The position numbers were made by a program, and so were the translations under genes. A stretch of DNA of 64,000 nucleotides from a virus, in the IMG/VR virus record IMGVR_UViG_3300037070_001066, positions 32,001-96,000 of that record; one strand, given 5' to 3'. The notes under the pieces were generated by a model. The model worked only from the letters and a program-made list of their open reading frames with translations, made no database searches and was not told the DNA's origin. How positions within the stretch are numbered: the stretch's first letter is position 1; every line of letters begins with the position of its first letter. This document shows positions 29,201-39,910 of the stretch, one piece after another.

Positions 29201-30364
29201 TTGAGTCTCAGACATTTTGTCCATCTCTTTAATTAAAGCATCTATATTCTTCAAGTGATCTTTTTTGTCTTTCCTTGATATAGGTTTTTTTGTCTTAGCA
29301 GTTCTAGCTCTAGCTTGAGCAATTCTATCTTTAGTTTCTTTTACAAGCTCATCAAGTTTGTTTTCAAAACTAGTCATCTCTGGTTTAACAAATTCAAGCT
29401 CTTTAGCAAACACACCTTTATATTGAGTCTCTTCATTTTCATCCTGAACATTTTGTTCATTGAAGTCCATTATCGTGTTGAATAAGGTTGTATATTCACT
29501 ATTTAGTGGTATATTGAAAAATCTTCTTATTGCGTTAATGAATTGATTCCACAATCCTTCAGATTCAGATTTAACTTGATCTCTAAATTCAGGATTAGAA
29601 TAAAACTCAGCAACAAATTCAAATTCATTTTTAAATCCATATTCCTCTGCTAAATCACTATCTTTGTATTTCTTCATAAACTTGTCAACAACTTCAACAA
29701 GTTCTTTCTCTGCAAGAGTTCTATTCTTAGGATCTTTAGCTAAAGCATCAGCAGTAATACTATGAACAACTTCATGAAGAAAAGCTACAACAACATCTTT
29801 CTCACTAAGACCTTTAATTCTCTCTGAAGAAACTTGAATTTTCTTAGATACTGGGTCATATTGCATAACTGCAGAAGTAGATATCATGACTTCTTCATCA
29901 ACTAATTCAACTTTTGCTTTCGATCCACCCATAATACGTGCCGCTCTAGTAGCTAAATCTTGCGCGTAAGGCGTTAAATCAGAAATTCCAGTACTTATAT
30001 TAGATAAAATATTATCGACGCTTAAATCGCCTTTAAATAGGTTTTCAGTAAATACTTCAACTTCAGGATCATATGAAATTTCTTCATCAAGAGTATTTGG
30101 AGCATTTTCATCAACTAAATCATGAAAATTTACTTCATCTGACAATCCTATCTCACTAATTGGTTCTGTTAATTTTTGTTCAGGTTTTGCATTTTCTTTA
30201 ACAACTGATGCAGTATGTAGTTCGTCTACTGTAGGAAACTTTTCAAGTCCATTTACTTCTTGCCACAAAGATATCTTAGCAGCAGCAATTAGGGGACTAA
30301 CCCCTAACTCGCTAGCCAAATCAATAACAGCATGACTCTTATGATTAACACAATGTATTGCCAT
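26228..30364 (-). CDS. large virion cargo/ejection protein with N-terminal zincin-like (HExxH) domain
   Basis: 1378 aa; FLHEVVH...EFVAE; hydrophobic C-terminal segment; third gene of the crAss giant-gene block. Confidence 0.75.
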   Translation of the reverse strand: MAIHCVNHKSHAVIDLASELGVSPLIAAAKISLWQEVNGLEKFPTVDELHTASVVKENAKPEQKLTEPISEIGLSDEVNFHDLVDENAPNTLDEEISYDPEVEVFTENLFKGDLSVDNILSNISTGISDLTPYAQDLATRAARIMGGSKAKVELVDEEVMISTSAVMQYDPVSKKIQVSSERIKGLSEKDVVVAFLHEVVHSITADALAKDPKNRTLAEKELVEVVDKFMKKYKDSDLAEEYGFKNEFEFVAEFYSNPEFRDQVKSESEGLWNQFINAIRRFFNIPLNSEYTTLFNTIMDFNEQNVQDENEETQYKGVFAKELEFVKPEMTSFENKLDELVKETKDRIAQARARTAKTKKPISRKDKKDHLKNIDALIKEMDKMSETQKVKVILGYANTLNKTVIQVTKGLERLHKKTKDYRDEDLLKTINSYEEYLAAYDLIDDISKLVGASVLKKDLTEEEVEDFNSIRKIISYAAGESKSLKSQFHAIKNEQAVKFLANPKFNTQVETDHRNRLYKEYVDKKITGESRIEYASRMLTTRDKDLFEEDLIKAAEKIVYNPAFDISSFKKNFEDPLNTNSKLIQIITNMISAARDTIIDLYKDYDLALKNVFNDLVKEKGNLAPSELYKDIYEQDKDGNYFFKGIYSVKFRDIYLEEYKPMELELSELKDKLKAEGAVMAKDFMKNDEYKALYQKTKAWMKEHTVRDQSDEHGLKWYPKDKYRNTKPTGASAEMLKEAVSLAKLGHTTTGGSRSLVRKTGQVSFYKFPSITKSDFERGVEKDFKGLVKQKWTDATEIKPDDVGYGEAIDNKTGESVRGVKVHYRGDIDPKTQSLDVATMLRKEYFNVISFREKSKVETNAIMLADVSKSKRYFQTSTKTGLPLMNIWNKNQPVVTIPGEFTNEYKRIKGLMDRMIYDVFHEHGGRLGPLDGNKIVSYVNGATASIAMSLNVASGTANLFNGFTQLFIESFGGDVISPKNLLKAEKLYGTELPNTLSDLSNPVKTSFVNQTLEMYDVFGGFDPATQEYLRNTLAKKLASRKNMNGINEVGEHMMNSILTMAVLDSLKVMNSDNKFIDKNGKVVDESKASSLLDMLKMDNKGKLVMDDKVKFTKHNLTTEYAKGGKTHINLLIKSKVFDLYGVYDNNFKNELSKTISGKLVMMFKNFFLGALAYRYTGISTSLKSREDLTEDELNYSSAKKEYTEGIYTSLARYFVNGVVPSMKSMQLMYMKDVYNSLSDHEKANLKKATLEIMLTSVILPAIGALIAGAAAPDDDELWFLVYQLRRLESELSQFRDPRETAKILTNPVAGIKLIQTGLDFIQQVVTPINFFPEDDENFFSYLDEDAKHKNELVKATKRLVPIWSQLDKDYYQLYTILE

Positions 30365-30370
30365 ATATTT

Positions 30371-30733
30371 TTATTTTAAAAATTTTAATTTATATAGCGT
30401 ACTATATATTAATTCTAATATGTCATCAATTATTTGTTGTAGATATCCGCAGTCACTTAAAGACTCTCTAAAGGATTTAAAAGACTCAATAAATCCTTCT
30501 AAATAAGAAATTGGACTAATGCTTTCAGAAATAGAAAACGACTTATAGCCTTTTATAATTCCATATTCTCCTTGGTAAGACTCAATGAATCTATCTCTAA
30601 GATCTACAATATCTCTATATAATCCATCTAAAGCTTTATGCTCTGCAAAACTAGATGTTTGCAAGTGAGCAATATGTGCATTTACTTCTATTGCAAATAG
30701 GTTAGACACAAACTCTTGTACTTTATTTTCCAT
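30371..30733 (-). CDS. ferritin/Dps-like four-helix protein
   Basis: H..HLQT.SFAEHKAL..LY......D.FIE.YQG.YG; L..IIDDI......TLYKL. Confidence 0.8.
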   Translation of the reverse strand: MENKVQEFVSNLFAIEVNAHIAHLQTSSFAEHKALDGLYRDIVDLRDRFIESYQGEYGIIKGYKSFSISESISPISYLEGFIESFKSFRESLSDCGYLQQIIDDILELIYSTLYKLKFLK

Positions 30734-33700
30734 AACATTCTATTAATTTTTCTTTTTCATCGTCACTTAACGCCATGAATGACTCCTTAGTCATAGTAGG
30801 ATCTGCTTGTTGGAAAGCCTTAGAATGCTTATTCCATGAATCTTCAATAAACTTATCATAATCTTGTTCAGTAGTCTCTTCTCCAGTTAAATTCAATGCT
30901 CTTGAGGCATTTCCTTCAATAGTCTCAGCTTTGTTACTAATTCCAATTACAGTAGTTTTAGCTCTAGTTAAAGCCGTATAAATACTTCTAGATTTAGATT
31001 TTGCTGATAAAGGACCAACACTATTGATGTCTTGGATATCTACTATAACACTATCATATGTAGAACCTTGAGATTTATGTGAAGTTATAGCATAAGCATA
31101 ATCTATGTTAGCAAAAGACTTTTTAAGTCCCCATGCTTGTGCATACATTTGCTTTCTTAATGCTCCAGGAGGCATTTGTTTAGCCTTAGCGAACATCTCA
31201 GCTACTCTTTCATTAAACTCAACTTTAGATTCATCTGCAAGTACTGGAAATGACATATCAGTATTAGTTCCATCACCACGCTCTACAGTAACTGCATAAG
31301 CTTGAAAACCATTATATGTAGTCTTTCTAACACCTTTTATAGAGAATTCATCACTATTAGATACCTTAGTTCTAGAATCAACATCAAAGTTGTCTTGGAA
31401 CATTATAATATCATTCTCAATTAATTGAGGCACATCTTCTCCGAATACAGCTTTTCTAATATCATTATTGTAAGCAGTTCTTGTAGCGTTTCTATATGTA
31501 ACAACTTTGATTACATTAGGGTTTTGCTCAAGTATACCTCTTTTAAATGAGTCTACTACATCTTCAAATATATGACCAAATGATCTTACAAATACTAAAT
31601 TACCTTTAGGAGATAATGTATCTTTCATAACTCCATCTGGAACAGGATCTTGTTGAGAAGTTTCTAACTCAGAGTTATCCCAATAATAATCTGCAAATGG
31701 AAGTATAGGAGACTCTTCTCCTTGACGAACACGTTCAGTTAGGCTAGCTTTATTCTCAGAATCAAATACAGGACTAATGCTATCTAAATCAGTTTTAGAC
31801 CATCCATGATAATAAGGATTTTTAAGATCTCTAATAGGAGGCAATTGACCTCTATCTCCCAAGAACACTAATTTAGCAGATCTTCTTTTCATCTCCATCA
31901 TCATCTCAATAGCCTCTTCATTAACCATAGAAGCTTCATCTATAATAATAATATCATGTTTAGTAATCTTAGCATCTTCAGAAAATGAATCAGTAAACTC
32001 ACCTGTCTCAACATCCATAGTCTTGCCTAATATACCAGCTATACTTCCACTTTCAATCTTCCCAGGATATCTATTGTCAAGCTTCTCTGATAAAACTAAC
32101 TTAGCTTTATGAGATAATGCTGCAATTAAAATCTTTTTACCTGCATTTACAAATGGGGCAATAGCTTCTTGTACAATAGTAGTTTTACCAGTACCAGCCT
32201 TACCTTCAATTACAAGTATCTCTCCTGGATTACCATTCTTAACAAACTCTTGAATTACGTTAATTGCATTCTCTTGTTGTTCATTTGCAGGTTTAAATAC
32301 TTGCTTATTATTAATGCTGTCATAAGGAGGGTTTGTTATAATATCAACTTTAGGTGTTGCAAGAATACCATGTTCAGCTAAACTAAGTATGTTCCTTCTT
32401 TCAGAAGATTCATCTACCCATTTCATTATCTTATTATTAGTAAGAGAAATAATTGTATTATTAGGAGTAACAACATAATCACTACCTAAGTAAGTAACAA
32501 ATTTACCTTTCTCTTTTCTACTTGTAAGTTTAGATTTAGATACAGACAGCTTAGCTAAAGCACCTTCCATTCCTGGATTATATATTTGAACAGTTCCTAT
32601 TGCATTAAATTGAGTAACTATATATGGAACTCCATTATAATCTACAAATCTACCAATTTCTAAAGGATATTCGCTAATAGGTTCAATTTTCTTGATATTA
32701 GTACCAGCTTCTCTTTTAACTGCTTCATATTCTTCTTCGGTTAACTCATGAGGAACAACATCTGCATCAGCTGCGTCCATTATAGCCTCTTCAGTTCTTT
32801 TATACAAATCTCTAATGGCTTGTTTTGCAGCTTCTTCTTTTTTAGTTCCTAAATACTCTTGTCTAGGAGTCCATTTATTAGTAGATTTATCTAAAGTATT
32901 ATAATTTTCTATATCTCTAGTTCCAACACCTGCAAAATCCTTAGTCAAAATAGGTGGTTTATGTAGTTCAAAATACTTACCATTCCATCTATTCCACTTT
33001 TCAGTTTTAGTGTCCCATACGTAAACAGGTTTTCTTAACTTAATACCTAATTGAACTGCAGTATTAGTTCCTCCATGTACAGCTGTTGAATTGAATTTAT
33101 CATTAATATCTAAAGGAGCTACAGCAAATACAGCATCAGAATTAGCTACTTGATAGTAATTTCTAACTTGAAGATTGCCTTGAACTGTATTTGGGAATTT
33201 TTTACCAAGCAATCTCTCAACTTCAATCCTAGCAGTTTCCATTTGTTCATCTGTTAATACAGTTGCTTCTACTTTGCTATTTTTAAGTTTTTGAGATAGT
33301 CCAGTATTTTTGCCCTCTCTATAATGTTTATGTTCAGTAACACCAAATTCTCTACCAATAATATCAAAGTATGTATCTGCACCATAAGCTCCACCACTAT
33401 GATTAGTTATTTCAGACATAGAAGATACTTCTAGTACAGGTTCTTTTAATACTATAGAATCTTTTATATCTTCAACTTTACGATATACTGGAGCAAGTTC
33501 TTTAACTTCAACAGGTTTCCCTGGCTCTTCAATTCTTTCATCAACCTCTGATAATTCAAAGTTAGGATTAAAGTTTTCTCTTTCAGTTACAACCATATTC
33601 ATTAAATAGTCAATTTCTTCTTTATTACTTAATTCTGGTCTCTTAATGAATCTATCTCCATATTCTATAACAACACTTCCTTTAAGTTTCTTACCAAGAG

Positions 33701-36700
33701 GATTTACTCTTGTATAAATTCCTTTGTTTTCAGAATCATATCCTTCAAGTTTATAAATATGATTATCATCTAATTGAACATAGAATCTAGACTTACCAGA
33801 TTCTTTCTTAATGAAGCCAGATTCTTTATCTCTAGTAACCATTTCATTCTCGAATACTAAAGGAACATATTTGTACTTATGTGTATTGTTTAAATAGAAT
33901 TTATCTATGAAATCTTCTTGATTTGCTCTAGAAAATTTAGGAACAAAGTAATTTACACCTTCATTTATCATATATTCATGAGGAATATATGTATAGAACT
34001 GATTAGAGTTCATTCTAAATCCTGAAGTAAGAAATGAATACTTTATTAAATCTTCAGCAAATTGAACATGGTCTAATCTTAAATCTCTCCATGAATCAGT
34101 AAACTTCTCTTCAAATGATGTAGATTTCTTTCTATTATTCAAAGATATGATCTTAACTTTACCATCTCTTTTAATTTGAAGCTCATCTAAGATCATATAC
34201 TTACCTCTATATTCCTTTCTAAATTCATCAAATTTAGCAGGAAGATTATTAAGTAAATCTCTAGACTCTTCTTCAGATAAGTTAAATGGATTAAAGTTAG
34301 ACATTACATAAGTGTAGTAGTTTTTCTCTAAATCTGTAGTAAGCTCTTCATTTGTAGCAGGCATACTATATAAATCATCAGAAATTGTATTAAACATTTT
34401 CTGAACTTTCTCCTGTCCTTGAGGAAATAAACTTGGATTAGATTGGACTATTCTCATCATCTCTTTAAGAGATTCAAAGTAATGTCCTAATGTAGTATTG
34501 TCAAACTTAGATTGAAGTCCATTTAAAGCCTTGTAATTATCATTCTCTTCTTTACCTAAAATATATTGTTTTAAGTTAAAAATAGAATATAATGAGTTAA
34601 TATTTTTACCCATACCATTAGTGTCTAATTTAGAGACATCAACATTCTCTTTCATAGTTTTACTAACTTCTTGCAATTCTAAGAACTTTTTATATACAGC
34701 TAATTGAAATGGACCATCTGGCTTGCCAGTAATTTGTTCTCTAAAGAATTGTAAGTCATATTCTTTACTAGTTATATTAACAGTTTCTTCCTTAAAGATT
34801 TCATTATGAGCATCTCTAATCTCATCCAATATTGGATTTATTTCATCAAATGTAGCTTTCTTTCCAAGAACTTTTTTAATCTCACTAACTCCTTTATCTA
34901 GTGCCTTATCATTAAGAATCCCATCTGCTTTCATTTTTTGATAAACAACTCCATAAGGAAATCCTTTTTCATCTTGAAGCTTGATAAGATTTTCTAATAC
35001 AAGATTTCTTTTAAATTTAGTCTTAGTGTCTCCACTATTCTTAGATGTAATTGATTCAAGACTAGATTGATACTGAACATATTGCTTTATTATTGGCTGA
35101 GCCATAAATGCAGTAACATACAAAGGATGTGTGCCTGATCTTAACAATAAGTTTCCTATATTAGTTGTAGATGTAGTCCAGTTTCCTCTAGTAATATAAG
35201 GGTCTTTGGCTATATCCACAAATGCATTAAGAATTGCAGTTAATGAATCGCCTATCTTAACTTTACTAATTTCGTTAGCAAGTTCTTCAGATCCATTCAT
35301 TGCTTTAAGATAATACTCTAAATCAGATGGACTTAATTGTTCAGAAAACTCTTTATCAAATACTGTCTCTCTAATATTATTTCTAACTTCACTATGTCCC
35401 CAACCAATGTAGTATTTATTTAGACTTAAATTACCTATTCTATTAATATCAACCAAAGCGTTAGCTTCTTGACCAACACCTGCTTTACCCCCAATAAATT
35501 CATATCTAAGTTTGATATCACTAACAGCGTCAAAGTGAAACATAGGTTTACTTGTATCAGCCTTCACAAGGTCTTTTATCTCGTTCTCAATGAACTTAAT
35601 ATCTACGGGCTTCATAACATCCTTAATTACTTTTGGATTCGTTAAAACAGCCTTATATAGCTCCACAAGCCTATTCTGAACAGCTTCCTTAGATTGTTCT
35701 TCATTGGACAACTCTGGATTGTATTCAGTGTACTTAAGTTTGCCTTCTGATAATGTATAGTTAGACATCATAATGAACATCTTATCAATATCAAAATCCG
35801 ATCCAGTTTTAGTTGTAATACCTGTGTAAGCTACAATTGTATCGCCATTCTCTTCAGGAAGGATTCCTACTATTTGTAATGCATCATTAGATGAAAGTCC
35901 TTGATTTGGAATACGATATCCTACTATATTACTTAAAATTCTATCATCTATAATCCCTTCAACTTTATTACCATCTTCATCTGTATATCCAAATAATTCT
36001 TCAGCTTTATATTTTTTGTAGTCAGGAATATATTTAGCAATAAACGATCCTGATATTAATATACCTCCTGGTCTAATCTTAGTTTTACCAGTATCTTCAT
36101 CTACATATATTGTAGGTTCAAATGTGGTATCTCCATTGTTTAATACAGGACTCCATATAATACCTTTGTCTCCATTTTCTTTAGATATGCCAAAGTTAGA
36201 CATCTGAATGAATGCTCCACCATTAGTTTTAATCTTAATCAGCCTATCATTCATAATAGAAGAATAGATGCTTATGATCTTGTCTATAGACTGTGGCATT
36301 CCATATAAAGTAACTTGTTTATTAAGAGCATCAATTATATTTTTAGATCCACCTCTTTTTTCAAGCTCTTTAACTAAAGCGTTATATAATCCTTTTACAT
36401 TGTTTATCTTACCACTCTTACCTATACTAAACTCTTTGTTAACTTCTTCAAGTCCTTTACCTATAAGGCCTTTAACTATGTCAGAAATTCCATCTGAAAT
36501 CTCCTTTCCAGTTACATCTTTTCCATCTAAATAGAAACCTTTTTGTTTTGCATTAAACTTTAGACCTGCAAATATATTCTTTTGAATTTGAGATCCTACA
36601 TCAGTTTGTTTAAATGTTTTAATAGGAAGATCTTGTTGCAATTTCCATCCATAATTAGACAGACTTACCTTATTAAAAGTAACATTATCTATCTCTCCTT

Positions 36701-39700
36701 TAGCATTATGAATAGTAGTTGGAGTAGGAGAACCTACTTTAAATCCATCTATTGTAATAAGCTCATCAACACCTTGCTCTTGCATTCCATTAAACAACTT
36801 CTCTAGTCCAGTATTTTTAACTAAACCTCTAGTTAATACAGCTTGAGAGTATTTAAGGTATGTAGGAGTTTTTCCATTCATATAAAAGTAAACACCCTTT
36901 AATGGTTGTGCCATTATCTTAAGTTCGTCTTTAGTATAGATTGGATGTGTATCTGATGTCATTTTCTCATACACAGCATTGTGAGTTTTATTATCCCACT
37001 TACCAAGTCTTTCAAGTAAGAATCTCCATCTTTGAGGAGTTATCCAAGCTTGAGCATCAGCAGAGTTAATTTTTTTGTATGGTTTAGCACCATCTTCTCC
37101 AAGCATTTCAACTAACTTATCAAATACAGGAGATTCTATTTCTATACTATTAATTGTAGCAGCAGTAAAAGTTTCTTCTCCCTCTTTCAATCTCAATTGA
37201 AGTCCATCAGTATATGTACCAGGAATACGTTTCTTATAATCAACCATGTTTTTATAGAAAGCAACATCTCCTGTAAACAGTTTAGAGTACTCTATATTTT
37301 GAATTAATCCGTTAATATAGAAGTCAGATGCTGCAGATGTAACTGCATTAGTTGTATCTCCAAAATTATTTTCTAAATACTTTTTAAAAACGTCTTTATC
37401 TATTCTTTTATTAGAATAACCGTCTTTATTTATTTCTACAACTTCTTGGTTAATCAATGAGAATACAGTTTCTTGTATACCACCTTGTAGCATATCATTA
37501 ATATATGCTTCTATCTCAGATCTTAACTCTGGATTAGTAGACAAGTCAGCAGTATGTTTAATACTACCATCACTGTTATATAACTTACTTTTAATTTCAT
37601 TAACAGCACTATTGTCAGATTTCTCTGAGAAAGATAACTCTGGAAAGTATTGAGAATTAAATGCATTACCATTCTTTGAGTAAATATCTGAACCTGCTTT
37701 GTAATGATAATGTATTCTAAGATTCTCAGGGTTCTCACCAGCAACATCTACTTCAGCATTAGCCTCCTTCATTCTATTGAATTCAGAGTTAAAGTAGTTG
37801 AAGAACAATCTTAATGTTCTATCATTAATAGAAACCTCATCATTTCTAATAGTAGTTGTATCTACAAATAGTCCAGTTCTAATTTGAAGATCTGTAGTCT
37901 TATCAGCAGGAGTTGTTGTTCTTACATATGAATTTGATAATACCTTATTTAAGTTATCATTAAAGTAATCATTGTAAGATATATCACTTGCAGACACATA
38001 GTCTCCGTCTTTCTCTTGAAATGTATTGAACACGCCTAAATTTAAACTATCAAGTCTTTCTTTAGATACTTTTCTTCTTTCTTCTTTTAGTCCATCTTTA
38101 AGAACTTTTTTATTTCCAAATTCATCTTTAGGATTAATATCTAATGCTAGTAAGTATTTTGCAAGTTCAGATCCTTTATTATATGCAGATTGGTCATACC
38201 AATTTCTTAACAATTCAGGATTTTTCTTCCATTGTAAAATTCTAGTAGAGATATATGACGGATATGAAAACAACCATTTATTCTTACCTGAAGTCCATAT
38301 ACTTGCATCAGAACCTTCTGACAAAAAGAAAGACTCTGCTTTAGCTAACTCTTTAAATATACTTTGAGTTTCAAAAGGATTGTTAAAATCTTTATGAGCT
38401 TTTTTAAAATAGTTTAAAGATTTCTTTAGAACATAACTAGTTCTTTGAACAGATTTAGTTAACTTACCTTTCTGATGTTCAATATTGAATGATTTGGATC
38501 CATTATCATCTAAATAGTTAATAAAACCATTCTTTGTCAATTCAACTCCTAACTCTCTAGTTAAAGCAACATATTCATTAGAGTATTTAGTAAATTCCTC
38601 TTCGGACATATCTTTAGAAACTAAATTAAGAAGTGAATCTAGCTCACTTATAATACCTTCTAAATTAGCTTTAGCTCCTTCTTTAAATGAATTATCTTCT
38701 TTCAAGAAACTTAGTCTAAAGTTATTACCCCATTCTGATTCAACAATAGATGCCTTAGATCCAGACTCTGAAACTTCTTTCACGTCTAACTTAAATGTCT
38801 TTTCGACATTGCTAGTTTCCGTATCTACAACTTTAGTTCTTATCTCAGATACAAGAAAGTTTTGCTTATGTAAGTTAAATGCTTGAGCAAATTGATTCTT
38901 ATCGCTTTCAGTAAATCTCTTATCGTTAAAGAATCCAATCAATTGATTTAGGTATTCTTTTTTGTAGGCTATTTTCTTAATCTGAGTTCTTTGCAATTCA
39001 AACATATCTTCACCAGGAAGAGCAACTTGATTTGAAATGTTGTTTAAAAGAGTTGAGTATACATCATTAAATGGAACAAACGTAGGTTCATTCCATACAG
39101 GATCTCTTTCTTCGTTGTTTTCAAGCAAAGACAATCTAAGTTTAATGTTGTTACTTAAAGAATTCTTACTGTCTTGTTCAAATGAAGCTTTGTTGAATAC
39201 AGGATCTTTACCTTCTTCACTTATCGTTTGTAAGTCAGAAGCTTCGTCGTTATCAACTCTTTTAATACTTATCTGTTTGTAAAAATTGTCAATTCTATCT
39301 ACATATTCATCTAAATAATCTAATGACTTTCCGAGAGATCTAGACATAAATTTCCCTTTAGGACCTTCTGTTTGAAGAGAAGCTATCTTCTTTTTTATTT
39401 CAGATTCAACATGATCTCTTAATCTAGGAAGTTTTTCTCCTTCTTCGAATTCAATGTTATTGAAGTTAATATTAGGAGATTGTTTAAAGTAATTTAAAGC
39501 AAGTCTAGAAACAATTCTATCCATTTGTTTATAGTCAAAAACAGAACGAAGTCCTCTTTTTTCTATTGGATATGGTATCTGTTCATCATTTTTACTAATG
39601 AAGTAATACTTTTTAGACTCTTCACTATAAAACAATTTAGGTTCTCCATTATCGTAAACTCTTTTACTGAATGAAGGATCTCCTTCTTTATATCCTTCAA

Positions 39701-39863
39701 CCCAATCTCCAAATTCTTCTACAAATGCAGATTGTTCACCAGGAACAACATCAAAATAAGCATAAGCTTCCTCAGCTTTAAACTCATTACTATAGATATG
39801 CTCTAATGTTTTAATCAATTTCGATTCAGAACCATTTGTTCTTGTGATCTTTTTACACGCCAT
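30723..39863 (-). CDS. virion-packaged RNA polymerase (crAss gp66-like) fused to SLOG-like and SF1B (RecD/Dda-like) helicase domains
   Basis: GYRIPNQG and catalytic GSDFDIDK (35781-35804); HSGGAYGAD...RN..QV..SD...GGT..AV; GKAGTGKTT, DEASMV, GD..QLPP, YAIT.HKSQGSTY, YTA.TRA. Confidence 0.9.
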   Translation of the reverse strand: MACKKITRTNGSESKLIKTLEHIYSNEFKAEEAYAYFDVVPGEQSAFVEEFGDWVEGYKEGDPSFSKRVYDNGEPKLFYSEESKKYYFISKNDEQIPYPIEKRGLRSVFDYKQMDRIVSRLALNYFKQSPNINFNNIEFEEGEKLPRLRDHVESEIKKKIASLQTEGPKGKFMSRSLGKSLDYLDEYVDRIDNFYKQISIKRVDNDEASDLQTISEEGKDPVFNKASFEQDSKNSLSNNIKLRLSLLENNEERDPVWNEPTFVPFNDVYSTLLNNISNQVALPGEDMFELQRTQIKKIAYKKEYLNQLIGFFNDKRFTESDKNQFAQAFNLHKQNFLVSEIRTKVVDTETSNVEKTFKLDVKEVSESGSKASIVESEWGNNFRLSFLKEDNSFKEGAKANLEGIISELDSLLNLVSKDMSEEEFTKYSNEYVALTRELGVELTKNGFINYLDDNGSKSFNIEHQKGKLTKSVQRTSYVLKKSLNYFKKAHKDFNNPFETQSIFKELAKAESFFLSEGSDASIWTSGKNKWLFSYPSYISTRILQWKKNPELLRNWYDQSAYNKGSELAKYLLALDINPKDEFGNKKVLKDGLKEERRKVSKERLDSLNLGVFNTFQEKDGDYVSASDISYNDYFNDNLNKVLSNSYVRTTTPADKTTDLQIRTGLFVDTTTIRNDEVSINDRTLRLFFNYFNSEFNRMKEANAEVDVAGENPENLRIHYHYKAGSDIYSKNGNAFNSQYFPELSFSEKSDNSAVNEIKSKLYNSDGSIKHTADLSTNPELRSEIEAYINDMLQGGIQETVFSLINQEVVEINKDGYSNKRIDKDVFKKYLENNFGDTTNAVTSAASDFYINGLIQNIEYSKLFTGDVAFYKNMVDYKKRIPGTYTDGLQLRLKEGEETFTAATINSIEIESPVFDKLVEMLGEDGAKPYKKINSADAQAWITPQRWRFLLERLGKWDNKTHNAVYEKMTSDTHPIYTKDELKIMAQPLKGVYFYMNGKTPTYLKYSQAVLTRGLVKNTGLEKLFNGMQEQGVDELITIDGFKVGSPTPTTIHNAKGEIDNVTFNKVSLSNYGWKLQQDLPIKTFKQTDVGSQIQKNIFAGLKFNAKQKGFYLDGKDVTGKEISDGISDIVKGLIGKGLEEVNKEFSIGKSGKINNVKGLYNALVKELEKRGGSKNIIDALNKQVTLYGMPQSIDKIISIYSSIMNDRLIKIKTNGGAFIQMSNFGISKENGDKGIIWSPVLNNGDTTFEPTIYVDEDTGKTKIRPGGILISGSFIAKYIPDYKKYKAEELFGYTDEDGNKVEGIIDDRILSNIVGYRIPNQGLSSNDALQIVGILPEENGDTIVAYTGITTKTGSDFDIDKMFIMMSNYTLSEGKLKYTEYNPELSNEEQSKEAVQNRLVELYKAVLTNPKVIKDVMKPVDIKFIENEIKDLVKADTSKPMFHFDAVSDIKLRYEFIGGKAGVGQEANALVDINRIGNLSLNKYYIGWGHSEVRNNIRETVFDKEFSEQLSPSDLEYYLKAMNGSEELANEISKVKIGDSLTAILNAFVDIAKDPYITRGNWTTSTTNIGNLLLRSGTHPLYVTAFMAQPIIKQYVQYQSSLESITSKNSGDTKTKFKRNLVLENLIKLQDEKGFPYGVVYQKMKADGILNDKALDKGVSEIKKVLGKKATFDEINPILDEIRDAHNEIFKEETVNITSKEYDLQFFREQITGKPDGPFQLAVYKKFLELQEVSKTMKENVDVSKLDTNGMGKNINSLYSIFNLKQYILGKEENDNYKALNGLQSKFDNTTLGHYFESLKEMMRIVQSNPSLFPQGQEKVQKMFNTISDDLYSMPATNEELTTDLEKNYYTYVMSNFNPFNLSEEESRDLLNNLPAKFDEFRKEYRGKYMILDELQIKRDGKVKIISLNNRKKSTSFEEKFTDSWRDLRLDHVQFAEDLIKYSFLTSGFRMNSNQFYTYIPHEYMINEGVNYFVPKFSRANQEDFIDKFYLNNTHKYKYVPLVFENEMVTRDKESGFIKKESGKSRFYVQLDDNHIYKLEGYDSENKGIYTRVNPLGKKLKGSVVIEYGDRFIKRPELSNKEEIDYLMNMVVTERENFNPNFELSEVDERIEEPGKPVEVKELAPVYRKVEDIKDSIVLKEPVLEVSSMSEITNHSGGAYGADTYFDIIGREFGVTEHKHYREGKNTGLSQKLKNSKVEATVLTDEQMETARIEVERLLGKKFPNTVQGNLQVRNYYQVANSDAVFAVAPLDINDKFNSTAVHGGTNTAVQLGIKLRKPVYVWDTKTEKWNRWNGKYFELHKPPILTKDFAGVGTRDIENYNTLDKSTNKWTPRQEYLGTKKEEAAKQAIRDLYKRTEEAIMDAADADVVPHELTEEEYEAVKREAGTNIKKIEPISEYPLEIGRFVDYNGVPYIVTQFNAIGTVQIYNPGMEGALAKLSVSKSKLTSRKEKGKFVTYLGSDYVVTPNNTIISLTNNKIMKWVDESSERRNILSLAEHGILATPKVDIITNPPYDSINNKQVFKPANEQQENAINVIQEFVKNGNPGEILVIEGKAGTGKTTIVQEAIAPFVNAGKKILIAALSHKAKLVLSEKLDNRYPGKIESGSIAGILGKTMDVETGEFTDSFSEDAKITKHDIIIIDEASMVNEEAIEMMMEMKRRSAKLVFLGDRGQLPPIRDLKNPYYHGWSKTDLDSISPVFDSENKASLTERVRQGEESPILPFADYYWDNSELETSQQDPVPDGVMKDTLSPKGNLVFVRSFGHIFEDVVDSFKRGILEQNPNVIKVVTYRNATRTAYNNDIRKAVFGEDVPQLIENDIIMFQDNFDVDSRTKVSNSDEFSIKGVRKTTYNGFQAYAVTVERGDGTNTDMSFPVLADESKVEFNERVAEMFAKAKQMPPGALRKQMYAQAWGLKKSFANIDYAYAITSHKSQGSTYDSVIVDIQDINSVGPLSAKSKSRSIYTALTRAKTTVIGISNKAETIEGNASRALNLTGEETTEQDYDKFIEDSWNKHSKAFQQADPTMTKESFMALSDDEKEKLIECYGK

Positions 39864-39875
39864 TTTTTATAGTTT

Positions 39876-39910
39876 ATGTAAATATACAATTTTTTTATTT
39901 AATATGCAAA
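39876..39910 (-). promoter_or_regulatory. promoter upstream of the vRNAP gene
   Basis: TTTGCATA-N15-GTATATTTACAT, identical boxes and spacing to 59372-59406. Confidence 0.65.
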
